Of a stretch of DNA of 64,000 nt, positions 35,749 through 48,240 are shown one piece after another. Numbering within the stretch: position 1 is the stretch's first letter; every line of letters starts with the position of its first letter. The translations under genes were made by a program, and so were the position numbers. Location of the stretch: the NCBI GenBank assembly GCA_051294375.1, contig CM119271.1, positions 16,516,212 to 16,580,211 on the forward strand, in the 5' to 3' direction. This DNA is from Paraspadella gotoi. Lineage: Eukaryota; Animalia; Chaetognatha. The notes under the pieces were generated by a model. The model saw only the letters and a list, made by a program, of their open reading frames with translations, did no database searches and was not told the DNA's origin.

Positions 35749-37779
35749 NNNNNNNNNNNNNNNNNNNNNNNNNNNNNNNNNNNNNNNNNNNNNNNNNNNN
35801 NNNNNNNNNNNNNNNNNNNNNNNNNNNNNNNNNNNNNNNNNNNNNNNNNNNNNNNNNNNNNNNNNNNNNNNNNNNNNNNNNNNNNNNNNNNNNNNNNNNN
35901 NNNNNNNNNNNNNNNNNNNAGAGAGAGAGAGAGAGAGAGAGAGAAAATATTCTTTTATTTCAAGAAAGAATTTATCAATCAATGAAAGAATCGAAATGAA
36001 GATAAAATTTTTAAAGNNNNNNNNNNNNNNNNNNNNNNNNNNNNNNNNNNNNNNNNNNNNNNNNNNNNNNNNNNNNNNNNNNNNNNNNNNNNNNNNNNNN
36101 NNNNNNNNNNNNNNNNNNNNNNNNNNNNNNNNNNNNNNNNNNNNNNNNNNNNNNNNNNNNNNNNNNNNNNNNNNNNNNNNNNNNNNNNNNNNNNNNNNNN
36201 NNNNNNNNNNNNNNNNNNNNNNNNNNNNNNNNNNNNNNNNNNNNNAAACTATCATATTAGTGAATTCTAATCTGTAGTTATTTTTCTTTTTTTTTACAAA
36301 AAAANNNNNNNNNNATCTGTAGTTATTTTTTATTTTTTTACAAAAAAAGTAACCCAGTCAGCTTATTTTTATNNNNNNNNNNNNNNNNNNNNNNNNNNNN
36401 NNNNNNNNNNNNNNNNNNNNNNNNNNNNNNNNNNNNNNNNNNNNNNNNNNNNNNNNNNNNNNNNNNNNNNNNNNNNNNNNNNNNNNNNNNNNNNNNNNNN
36501 NNNNNNNNNNNNNNNNNNNNNNNNNNNNNNNNNNNNNNNNNNNNNNNNNNNNNNNNNNNNNNNNNNNNNNNNNNNNNNNNNNNNNNNNNNNNNNNNNNNN
36601 NNNNNNNNNNNNNNNNNNNNNNNNNNNNNNNNNNNNNNNNNNNNNNNNNNNNNNNNNNNNNNNNNNNNNNNNNNNNNNNNNNNNNNNNNNNNNNNNNNNN
36701 NNNNNNNNNNNNNNNNNNNNNNNNNNNNNNNNNNNNNNNNNNNNNNNNNNNNNNNNNNNNNNNNNNNNNNNNNNNNNNNNNNNNNNNNNNNNNNNNNNNN
36801 NNNNNNNNNNNNNNNNNNNNNNNNNNNNNNNNNNNNNNNNNNNNNNNNNNNNNNNNNNNNNNNNNNNNNNNNGGGAGTGGCAAAACCCTCAAGCCTGGTT
36901 CCAAGCTCAGGGACCCATTCCATGCCTGCTAGAGGGGGTTATAGAAGTTATGGACAGTCATCTTCAGCCCACGTAGCGCCTTATTCAGAGAAGTAATCTT
37001 CCTTCATATTGATTTTCACCAAAATTTCCCAAAATTTTGTTAGAAACCGGCGCAAAAAAATATGATATGTTATGCAAAAAGCATCAATTACAGGATAACT
37101 CGATAACTCCTATTTAATTTTTCAGACGTTTATCGAGCGACAGAATTAGAGCTGGACCTCCCTGCACTTATTTTCTGTCCTGGTTTGATTAAATAAGAAG
37201 ACAACACTAACATCCCCATTATATTATCAAGGAATATACTTTATATTAAGAATATAATTGATATATAGTGAAATTTATTAAATTTTTACATTTATAAATT
37301 TTAATATACAATTTTAAAGTCTACTATAGTAAAACAAGTTATCTTTCATTAAAAGTGATTTTTTTTCCTACACATAAAATTCTTTTTATTTGATCCTTTT
37401 TGTCCGTATATTTCTGAATTTTTGTTAAATATTGTTATTTCCTCATTATAATAATAAAAAATAATCGATGGAGTAATTTTAAACTAAATTTATTGCGCTC
37501 CCACACGCCGTGTTGACGCGACCCTCGAGCGACCAACGCAAAGAAGATTGATTGGAACTCTTTTTTTGCCGAATCGAATTATTTCGACGTTGGAGAGTCT
37601 GTCTGACTTATTATCCCTCTATCTGTCGATCTGTCCGGTTTGTTTGTCTGTCTGTTTATCTGTCTGTCAGTTTGGCTAACTGTCTTCTCGAAGGAACTAT
37701 GGTTTTACATTTTCTTAAATAGAAATGAAAGGATGGAAGAAAGACAGCAAGCACCTCAAGATTCTCTCTCTCTCTCTCA

Positions 37780-37835
<56 letters not shown>

Positions 37836-38254
37836 GTGAAGACGGGAGAAAGATTGAGACAAGAAAAGGGGAGGAAAGGGACAAAGGGGAGAAAGAGGGA
37901 AGTGAAAAAGAAAAGTAAAAAAGAAAAGAAAAGAAATGTAAAAAAAGAAAAAATGATATCAAAACGGAACTAAAAGCAAATAGTATAAAATTCCATTACT
38001 AAACTCTTACTTTTCAAGATATATCAACGGTGATCCCACTTTACCTTTCCATTACCTGTTATTACTGAGTTAACAACACCTTTCTCTACCTCCCTCCTCC
38101 TCCTCCTCCTCCTCCTCTCATTTCCCTTTTGTTTCCTCAATATCATTTTTCGATTTCTCCGCCTCGAAATCTCGCACGCCTCTACTGGGAAAGAGGCCTC
38201 TTAATGGAAGGGCTTTTCTCAGAAATGATGTCCGCCTTTTATGTATCCGGTTAT

Positions 38255-38287
<33 letters not shown>

Positions 38288-38600
38288 TAATGACTAGACA
38301 AGTGACTCCGTCATTTTGCAATTTCAAGAAACTTTTTATTAGCAGAAGATTTCTACTTAAAATTAAGGGGAGTAAGTTCTGACCAAAACAGAAGACTATT
38401 TTAATATGATAGGCAAGAATTTTTGATATTTTATTATCAATTACTAATAAAAATTAGATATCAAACGTAGGATTTCGAAAAATTCTTTATTATAAATTGA
38501 GAACAGACAAAGATGCGTGCCAATGTAATATAAAAACCAAATGGTAAAACTTATATAAAAATTGTTGATACATTTAACAAACAAGCTGACGTATCCCTAA
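32560..38600. repeat. ~2.9-kb tandem duplication (~32560-35360 and ~35445-38600), possibly an assembly artefact
   Basis: The copies are colinear and differ mostly by 1-2 nt indels. Copy 2 is interrupted by several N gaps. Confidence 0.8.
33383..33615 (+). mobile_element. Degenerate TRIM family B LTR (second copy at 36872-36985 in the duplicate)
   Basis: ggtggctcattgagtaaagctatcagc...gctagaggggg..tatagaagtta..acagtca..tcagc is the reverse complement of the 9400-9625 LTR. Confidence 0.7.
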
Positions 38601-39041
38601 CTTTAAACAGACAAGGTTGGGCTAATACTTGTTAAGAGATTGCTCGCATGATTTCGCCTATAGGATTGTGCCTCTAAAATTGAACACACATAAAGTTGAA
38701 CCCATAGTATTCTATCCATGAAGGATTGTTCTAGCAGGATTAAACCATAGTATTGGGACCCTAAAATTGCACCTCCTATATATCTGGGCGCAATCCTACG
38801 TGGGTTTAGTTTGTTTTGATTTTTGACCTCTTTCTCGAAGTCGAAATATTTTGAAAAAAAAAATGTTTCTGTTATGCACTGTATTTCTCCATAATGAAAA
38901 TATACTCGTATATTAGAATTTTTGTATAAGTTTTACCATTTGGATTTTATATTAAATTGGCACGCGTCTTTTTCTATTCTCAATTTATAATAAAGAATTA
39001 TTCGAAATCGTACCTTTGATATCTAATTTTATCTTGTAATT

Positions 39042-39072
<31 letters not shown>

Positions 39073-39217
39073 CATTACAATTTAAAATTTGAGGCATCGA
39101 ATGTAAAGTCGTAATTGAGAACAGAGTTGGTCAGAGAAGACGAGGAAGAAGAAGAAGAAGAAGAAGAAGAAGAAGAAGAAGAAGAAGAAGATGAAGAAGA
39201 AGAGAAAAAAGATAAAG

Positions 39218-39252
<35 letters not shown>

Positions 39253-39349
39253 GGAAGAAGAACCGGAAGAGAATGGCGTCGAGTTTCGACGCGCGCAAAA
39301 AACTTCTCTGTGAAAAGAAAATTATTTCATCCCCGTTCCATCGTCGTCG

Positions 39350-39381
<32 letters not shown>

Positions 39382-39816
39382 GTCGTCGTCGTTGTTTTCT
39401 CCGAATTCGTCACTTTTATCGTCTTCTTTGTCGTCGTCGTCGTCTTTGTACTCGTCACTGCTATTTCCTCTAGTATAAAGAAAGAGTTTATGTCGACGCC
39501 GATTCTAATTTAATTAAAAATCGAATATTTAAGACTGAAAGTTTTCGTTTTCATGAAAGCTTGAGCATTAAAGAGATTTAGTACGAATGATATCACCTCT
39601 GCTCTTCCCTGTTTCTGGCGAAAAATTACGCGTCGTTAATTATGAAGTCGAATTAAATAAAGACAACAGAATCCTGATTATTGTTTGACGGATTTCAAGT
39701 GTTTATTTACATTTTTAAGATGTCCGACGCCAACAACGAAAACTTAAAATATATAACTTTGTTAAAATAAAAAACAAAAACTACAAAATAATAATAATAA
39801 AAGAATTCGGAACAAA

Positions 39817-40146
39817 ATGACGGCGCAGTTGATGCTTTTGATTCCTGGAGTTTTGGTCGTAACAATTATGTGCGTCTGCTGCTTTAAACAATTTTTGGTC
39901 AGTCAACAGGTGAATTCGTTGGGGTTTGAGGGAAACTTGATCGTTGGGGGGAATCAATCACGTTTTCTACTCTATTACTATTTTTCATATCGTCTCTAGA
40001 GTTTTATCGTACTCTCGTAGTCTCAGTCTTCCTCATTCTTCTACGTCTCTCCTCTCTCTCAGGGCAGTCAACAATTTCGCCGCGCGAAATTGGACAGAAG
40101 ATGCAAAAAGTTGAAGAAAAGACGAGAGGACAGTTTCAGCAGTTAG
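39817..40146 (+). CDS. Two-exon 54-aa single-TM micropeptide (exons 39817-39897 and 40063-40146)
   Basis: The peptide is MTAQLMLLIPGVLVVTIMCVCCFKQFL|GSQQFRRAKLDRRCKKLKKRREDSFSS*. The start context is aaaATG, the donor GTCAGT and the acceptor a pyrimidine-rich ctctcAG, in phase 0. Confidence 0.55.
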
Positions 40147-40324
40147 AGTTAAATATATCGGTGGGTCTTAGTGTATGCATTTGTTAACACATTTGTATGC
40201 GCATTTGTGTGCGCAGTTGTGTGCGCCTTTGCGTGCGCAGTTGTGAAGCGTTCGTGTGCATTCGATGACATTCCGGATACCATTCTAATTTGGTTGGGAA
40301 ACACACAGCAAGAGAGAAAGAGAA

Positions 40325-40375
<51 letters not shown>

Positions 40376-40689
40376 AAAAGAGAGAGGAAAAGAAAGAGAA
40401 GAGAGGCAGAGAAACAGAGAGAGAGAAGAGAGAGAGAGAGAAAAAGAAGAGAGATAAAGAGATAAATTACAAAAACAAAACACTTATTTCATCTCATTAA
40501 AAAAAATTGCGAACTCAACAAAGACAAATTTTGGTCTCGTTAGTCAAAAAAAAAAATTCGTCTGCAAAAACTGATCCCCTTTACTATTTAACCCTTAGTC
40601 CTTAGCCCTTAAGCCTTTTTCTTTAGCCCTTATGCATTTTTCTTTAGCCATCAATACTTAGCTATTTACTCTTAGTCCTTAGCCCTTAA

Positions 40690-41098
40690 CCCTTTTAATC
40701 CTGATCCTAATCTTAATCCTTAACACTAGGCTTAATCCGGTTCCCTAATATTAATCGTAAACCCTAATCTTAATCCTGATCCCTAATCTTAATATTTAAC
40801 CCTATTCTTAATCCTGATCCTAATATTAATCCTTAACCCTAATCTTAATCCTGAACCACAATCTTAATCCTGATCCCTAATCTTAATCCTTAACCCTAAT
40901 CTCTAATCCTGAAGCCTAATATTAATCTTTAACCCTAATCTTAATCCTGATCCCTAATATTTATCCTTAACCCTGGTCTTAATTCTGAACCACAATCTTA
41001 ATCCTGATCCCTAATCTTAATATTTAACCCTAATCTTAATCCTGATCCCTAATATTAATCCTTAACCCTGATCTTAATCCTGAACCCTAATCTTAATC
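40690..41098. repeat. Minisatellite of degenerate telomere-like units (taaccctaatcttaatcctgatccc)
   Basis: Visible tandem array of CCCTAA/CCTTAA-derived units. Confidence 0.75.
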
Positions 41099-41513
41099 GG
41101 ACATTTGGGAAAATAAGGGCCACTATTTTGTGCAAGTTATTCGCATTTGCTCATTTTTCGCTTTTTTATGACTTTTTGGAATAAAAAAAAAATTTTTTTG
41201 TCTTCAACTTATATTTTTTTAACTCATTTTTTTCTTTTATTTTTGGCTTTCTTTTTTTAAAAAATCCTGAGTTGGCGACTTTTTTTTCTATGAAGTTAAT
41301 CACGTTTCTCCTTTAGATTCTTCTCTCTATCTCTCTCTCTCTCTCTCTCCTATATATATTTCTTTATTTGTTTCCTTCCTTTTTTTCCCACTATTTATTT
41401 TTCGAATAAATTATAATTAGGTATTATAATTTTTCTACATAAGAGCTAATTAGCATTCACCCAGTAATAACTTGCTGTAAAATAAATTTTAAAGATAAAA
41501 AAATACTATTACC

Positions 41514-42266
41514 TATGGCCAACGGGAGGATAACCTGTGATACCCGGGGCGCGGGGTATCTCACCAACTGGGTAGGGCTGCGGCACCTCAGTGACCGCCT
41601 CCTGTCACTGGCATGTTTATACCAGCACCGTCACATTTAAGCCAGAACCGGGATACCCAGGGATTGAACTCGGCACGCACGCGATGGTAATGAGATGATT
41701 TAGCCTGCTCAGCCATTGAGACGAGCTGAGGACGGACAGCAGTGAGGCAGCTTTAAGTCTCGCTGCCACAGGATCCCCCCACCAGACTTCTCCACAGGGG
41801 CCTCAATCCTGAGAAGATGTCTGAGAGAAGGTTTTTGATCTCATTGCCATAGTGAGAGCGAGCTGCCATGCGAAGCGACGCGTGACGCGAGTCTGGACGC
41901 GGTTACCAGAGAAGTAGGCATAGGCGTGATGATATGCATACCCTAAGCGACGTAAGCGTGGGCCCGCACGGTGCGCAGCGGTTGCGTTTCGAGAGTAGGG
42001 CGTCACCACTTATGGCAACGGAGGATAGCCTGTGATACCCCGCGGCGCGGGGTATCTCACCAACGTGCGTAGGGGCTGCGACCCTCAGTGACCGCCTCCT
42101 GTCACTGCATGTTTATACCGGCACCGTCACATTTAAGCCAGAACCGGGATACCCAGGGATGGACCCGGGGGACGCACGGATGAAATGAGATGATTTAGCC
42201 TGCTCAGCCATTGAGATGAGGCTGAGACCGACAGCAGTGAGGGCAGCTTTAAGTCTTGCTGCCACA
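41514..42266 (-). mobile_element. TRIM family C: LTRs 42266-42011 and 41770-41514 carrying a tRNA-like module
   Basis: On the minus strand the LTRs run TGTGGCA...GCCATA. PBS TGGTGACGCCC is at 42008-41998 and PPT ggtgggggg lies just before the 3' LTR. The LTR has A-box-like tggctgagcagg and B-box gagttcaatccc. The TSD is unresolved. Confidence 0.8.
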
Positions 42267-42274
42267 ATACTATG

Positions 42275-43077
42275 AGAATTGGTACAACCAATTAAAAATT
42301 ATCCATTCATTTAATAAATAAGCTATCTTGCCCTGACTTTGGACAGGCTTTGGTGGTTTTAAGGCCTCCATCACTCTTACAAGATAATGACATAGCAGGT
42401 CCCTGCAAGCTTTCAATCAAGACCTCTCTCACAGTCTCGTTTATTCACTAGAAGTACCTGGCTTCCCTATCAATGAAGTGGAAAATATTTCAAAGAATGT
42501 TTCAATTGTATGAAAAGACACACTCCCTTAAGTATTAGATCGGGAATACTTATGTACTCGCCACTAGCATCAAAATACAAGGAGCTGAATTTTATGAAAT
42601 TGGTACAACCAATATAAAAATTATCCATTCATTTAATAAATAAGCTATCTTGCCCCTGACTTTGGACAGGCTTTGGTGGTTTAAGCGCCTCCATCACTCT
42701 TACAAGATAATGACATAGCAGGTCCTGCCCAAGCTTTCAATCAAGACTCTCTCACAGTCTCGTTTATTCACTCCCAGAAGTACCTGGCTTCCTATCAATG
42801 AAGTGGAAAATATTCAAAGAATGTTTCAGATTGTGATGAAAAGACCACTCCCTTAAGTATTAGATCGGGGAATACTTATTGTACTTCGCCACTAGCATCA
42901 AAATACAAGGAGCTGAATTTTATGAAAATTGGTACAACCAATATAAAAATTATCCATTGCATTTAAATGAATAACGCTATCTTGCCTCCTGACTGTTGGA
43001 CAGGTCTTTGGTGGTTTTAAGGCCAGTCAATCATCTCTGTTACGAAGATAATGACATAGCAGGTCCCTGCAAGCTTT
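42275..43077. repeat. About 2.5 head-to-tail copies (~320-330 bp) of the dispersed repeat
   Basis: Units start aattggtacaaccaat at about 42277, 42598 and 42927. Confidence 0.85.
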
Positions 43078-43925
43078 CTGTTTCTGTTTCAAACCTTGGC
43101 TCTAACTAACCCTAACCCTAACCTTAATCCCAAATTCTCTAACCCAAATCTTTAACCCACTCTCCCTAACAATAACCTTTAACCTAAAAATTGAAATTAA
43201 ATAACTTTTCAGTCTTCTTTAAAATTTTAAAAATACAGGGATAAATCTCTAAGACTCAGCGGGTCCAAGATGATTTGCGTAAAAATATTCAATTTAACTC
43301 CCTCTAGCAGCCATTGCCATCCCAACGACGAATATTTCATTGTAACGAAGCAGTAATACTGTAATACTGCCCGATTACAATAACTCGTTTGTTACACATT
43401 GTAATCTTCTGCGATTAAATAAACAAGCTTTTACAGCTTGTAAAATGTAAAAGGTTTGACATGAAAAAATCTTAATTAATCGAAACTGTAAACTTAATTT
43501 TTATAGGATTTATTTTTATTTTAATATACTATATAAATGAGTAATAAATGAATAGTACAAATAGAAAATAATAAACTAAACTAAAATGAATATAAAAAAC
43601 AAACGTCTAACAAACCAGGAAATGTAGTCGATGTCTTCGTCGTCGTCGTCGTCTTCGTCGTTGTTTTTGTTTTAAAATGTTTTCTTACCTCATTGTCATT
43701 CACCTTTGAACTTTAACTCTTAACTTTCTATAACTATCTTTTTATGTAAACTTTTAATTCAAATTTAAACTTGGGTTATTAACTTATATTTGTACAGAAA
43801 TTTATTCCATAAATATATTTTTTTAAGGTCGGTTCCTTTTCTAATTCAATTTTCAATTATTGTGAAACGATAACTTTTTCCTTTTTGTCCTTTTTGAGTA
43901 AAACGTAAAAAAATGAGTAAAAAGC

Positions 43926-43987
<62 letters not shown>

Positions 43988-44602
43988 GAGGAAAGAAGAG
44001 AAGAGGGTGAGGGAAGGAGGAAAGAGGGAGGAGGGAATGAGGAGAGTGGGAGAAAGAGAGAAGAAAAAGAGGAGAGGAGGAAGGTGAAGAGAAGAAAAGA
44101 GGGAGGGATGAGAGGGGAAGTAGAAGAGGAGAGGAGCGAAGAGGGAAATGAGAAAAAGGAGTGAGGAATGTCACAAGTGACACGAGTACCACAAATGTGA
44201 CAAAATCACGGATCTAAAATTTCTTTCTTCCCGAGTTGAAGCCTGAAGAGTAATTTTTATTGGCCATCTTCTCCGAAAGCTTCTCATTTCAGATTTAGAA
44301 TTAATTTAGTTTAGTTTATTTAATTTAGGTTAACTTAAAATAAAATTAGATTTCTTTTTAGATTTAAAAATAAAAATAAAATATTAAGAGACAGAGATTG
44401 GGATTAGGTTAAGGAATGGGATTAAAGTTTAAGGGTAAAGAGATAAGGTTATGGATTATGGTTAAAGATTAGGTATTAAGATTAAGATTAGAAATTAAGG
44501 ATAAGGTTAGGGTTAGGGATTAGCGTTAGAAATTGAATTAAGCATTTTAAAAAGGATTAGGCTTAGGTTAAAAATAAATTAAGGGATTAGAAACAGACAT
44601 AG

Positions 44603-45019
44603 TGTGGCAGTTATTAAAGGGACAAAGTTCAGATCGAGAATGATATATTCTCCAACAACAAATATAAAAACAACAAGTGAAAATGCTAAGTCTAAAACAG
44701 TAAACAAAAACTTGACCAAGGAACAGGCTAAGGACAGACGAGAGAGAATCAATGATAACAGTGGTGATCCTTCGGCGATTGAGTGAGAGAGAGTTCCATC
44801 TGCTAAGGTCGCGTCTTCTTCTTGCCACACATTCCCCCCAGACCCCCCAGACCAGGGGGAAAAGGCTGAGAGTTCTGATCGTTCCCATCTTTGACCGGTG
44901 GTTGCAGCATTGTTGGGAGGTTGCTGATGAGGCACACCACATATGGCAACGGGAGGAATGCCCGTGATACCAGGGGCGCGGGATATCTCACCAACCTCCT
45001 CCTGTCACTGGTATGTTTA
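44603..45019 (-). mobile_element. Chimeric mini-LTR element: family C LTR end, PBS, PPT, then an unrelated LTR
   Basis: On the minus strand, a family C LTR end (..gttgccata, 44942) is followed by PBS-like TGGTGTGCCTCA (44939-44928) and PPT ggggggtctggggggaa. Next comes a 227-bp segment TGTGGCA...TGCCACA (44829-44603). Confidence 0.6.
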
Positions 45020-45020
45020 G

Positions 45021-45995
45021 TAGGCCGGAACAGGTTGAAAACTAGAAGTTCTTTCAANNNNNNNNNNNNNNNNNNNNNNNNNNNNNNNNNNNNNNNNNNN
45101 NNNNNNNNNNNNNNNNNNNNNNNNNNNNNNNNNNNNNNNNNNNNNNNNNNNNNNNNNNNNNNNNNNNNNNNNNNNNNNNNNNNNNNNNNNNNNNNNNNNN
45201 NNNNNNNNNNNNNNNNNNNNNNNNNNNNNNNNNNNNNNNNNNNNNNNNNNNNNNNNNNNNNNNNNNNNNNNNNNNNNNNNNNNNNNNNNNNNNNNNNNNN
45301 NNNNNNNNNNNNNNNNNNNNNNNNNNNNNNNNNNNNNNNNNNNNNNNNNNNNNNNNNNNNNNNNNNNNNNNNNNNNNNNNNNNNNNNNNNNNNNNNNNNN
45401 NNNNNNNNNNNNNNNNNNNNNNNNNNNNNNNNNNNNNNNNNNNNNNNNNNNNNNNNNNNNNNNNNNNNNNNNNNNNNNNNNNNNNNNNNNNNNNNNNNNN
45501 NNNNNNNNNNNNNNNNATAAAATAATGGTTAAGTGACTGTTAGAAATAATGAAAATGAAAATAATTTTTAAATTTATCTTATTAATTAGCCACGGAGGCA
45601 TTTAAAGATTATTTTAATTACAATATAAATTTAAAATATTTTTTAATTTTTTCAATTTTTTTTTAATAGATTCAGATAAAGCTTTAAAAATTAGATAAAG
45701 GTTATTAAACAAATTTTAAAAAATTTTGTTTATTGATAAAAATTTTAAAAAAACCATGAAATTAAGCAATGATGATGATGATAATAATTTTTTCAGGTTT
45801 TTCTATTTTTAATTAATTATTGTCAAAATTTTAAAAAATGTAGGACTAACCTTTTAAACTTTTAAGCTCTATAGGAATCGTTCTTAAAAAATATTAATTA
45901 AATTTTTTATTTGTTATATATTAATAAATATTTAAAAGCTTAAGTGCAAACAACCCAATGAACTAATTCAAAAAGTTGCATTGAAAATCGATTAA
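45021..45995 (+). repeat. AT-rich dispersed repeat (gapped), with a second copy at 52326-52833
   Basis: Both copies start taggccggaacaggttgaaaactagaagttct and end aacaacccaatgaactaattcaaaaagttgcattgaaaatcgatt. Confidence 0.75.
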
Positions 45996-46933
45996 TCAAT
46001 CAATCAATCAATCAATAAACAAATAAATAAAGTAAGTTTGCTGTTGCCTTACTTTTTTTAAAAATTGAAAGAAGACGATTTCTTGTTTTACTTATTTTTT
46101 TATAAAATATAAAGAGTTATGATATATTTTATATACATATATATAAATAAAAATTCAAAATTTAAAATTTAAAGGTACGATTTATGTAATGACTTTTTGC
46201 TGGTCATTAAAATCGTCGTTACAAACAGTACATTAAAGTACAATTACAATACATTTCTGAATTTGACATTGGTCTTGTCTGCGAATCTGAAGCCATCTAT
46301 CTTAATTTCCAAACGCTCCCTATTTCAGACTAAATTCAGAATAATGATTAATTAATTTTTTTGCTTTAAAGATTAAGTTTAAGATTAGGAATGAGGCTCA
46401 AGTTAGGGATTAAAGTTAATAGTTTAGTTTAGAATTTGGCTAAAAATTTGGCTTTAGATTATGGTTAAAAATTAGTGAAAACAAAGTTTAGATTTGTACT
46501 ACAACGGTTTTATTTANNNNNNNNNNNNNNNNNNNNNNNNNNNNNNNNNNNNNNNNNNNNNNNNNNNNNNNNNNNNNNNNNNNNNNNNNNNNNNNNNNNN
46601 NNNNNNNNNNNNNNNNNNNNNNNNNNNNNNNNNNNNNNNNNNNNNNNNNNNNNNNNNNNNNNNNNNNNNNNNNNNNNNNNNNNNNNNNNNNNNNNNNNNN
46701 NNNNNNNNNNNNNNNNNNNNNNNNNNTAGGTTTTAAGATTACATTAAGTATTTGGTAGATATAAAAGATTAGAGTTAACTATTTTGGTTAAAACTAAGTT
46801 AGGAGATGGGAATAGAATTGAGGCGCGTTCGGAAAATAGTGCCTTCTTTTCACAACGCAGAACGCAAAATCGTCGAGAGGAGTTCTTTTACGACACGAGT
46901 TAAAAATTGAGTTTGAGCGTAAACGTGAAGAGG

Positions 46934-46974
<41 letters not shown>

Positions 46975-47467
46975 ATGGAACTTGATTTTCGTTCCTAATC
47001 TGTTTTCATGTCGACGGATTATAAGTTAAGCTTTACTTCGTCTACGATTTAAGTTCGAGTCTTCCCAAAGTCTTCCTCTCAGACTCCTTTAAGTCTTCCT
47101 CCTTTCTCAATCTCTCCTCTTTTCTTAGTTTCAGTCTTCCTCTTCTTAGACTCTCAGCCTTCCTCCAAACTTCTTTTTTTCTCTTCGGGAATTTTGGTCA
47201 AGTCCTTTCTCGGCTCTCTTTTCCGAAAGTGGACCAATTTTTGTTCAATTATCCCATTTAACTGAAAAATATTCTTAAACTTATAAACTAATTTTTAACC
47301 TTAATCCCTAACCCTAATCTTTAAACCTAACCTAATTCTGAACCCTTATCCTTTAACCTAACCACTAACCTTAAACACGAGACCTTAACCCAAATTCCTA
47401 ATCACAAACTAAGTCCATAACCTTAATCTCCTACCTAATCCATAATCTCTTACATAATCTTTAACTA

Positions 47468-48240
47468 AACAAATTTGAGCAAACAATGTCGGATCTGCCC
47501 ACGATCATTAATTAAAAAATTAATAAATTTGATCTGAAATGTTTGTTTTTTGGTCTTTTTGTCACTGACCACGACAAAAGCAACGACGACGATGATGGCG
47601 ACGACGACAATAATGCCGATAACGATTGACTTGATTGATTGATTGAGTGATTAAGTAATTCATTAATTTATAAATAAATTGATTGATTGAATAATTAATT
47701 AACAGGTAACTAAATAAATTGATTGATTAAATAATTGATTGATAAATTGACCGATTAATTCATTATTTATTAATTAATTGATTAATTTTTTGATTAATTA
47801 TTACATCTTGCATTTACATTTAATATAAAAAGAAAAAGAAGCATAATCAATTAGTGAAACAGGTTTTTTGTCTTTTCCATTAAAACTCATTTCCACTCAG
47901 ACGATTCCATCGAAACTTGATTTCCAGTTTAATCACACACTTTTCTACCCAAATACAAAATTTCAAGTCAATCGTCCCATTCATATCCAGTAATTGAAGT
48001 TAAAATAGTGAAATAGATTTTTTGGTTTTTTCCATTTTAACTCATTTCCACTCGTACGGTTCAATCGAAACTTCATATCCAGCTTAATCACACACTTCCC
48101 TACCCACATACAAAATTCCATTCCAATCCATTCATCCAATCACGAGTAATCACGAGTTTTTTGCTAAGGTGGGATGGACGGACAGACGGACGGACAGACA
48201 GACGGACGCACAGATGGCGAATGGACGGATGGACGGACGT
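47468..48240 (+). mobile_element. HINE/DINE-1-like repeat, family 2 (interrupted)
   Basis: It starts aacaaatttgagcaaacaatgtcggatctgcc and has the same duplicated core and (GGAC/AGAC)n as the other copies. Confidence 0.55.

Noticed and set aside
35637-36923. ORFs containing long X runs (also 44891-45601 and 46475-46736)
   Set aside because: These are artefacts of N gaps.
40690-41098. True telomere or interstitial telomeric array
   Set aside because: The units are degenerate and of higher order, not a pure (TTAGGG)n run.
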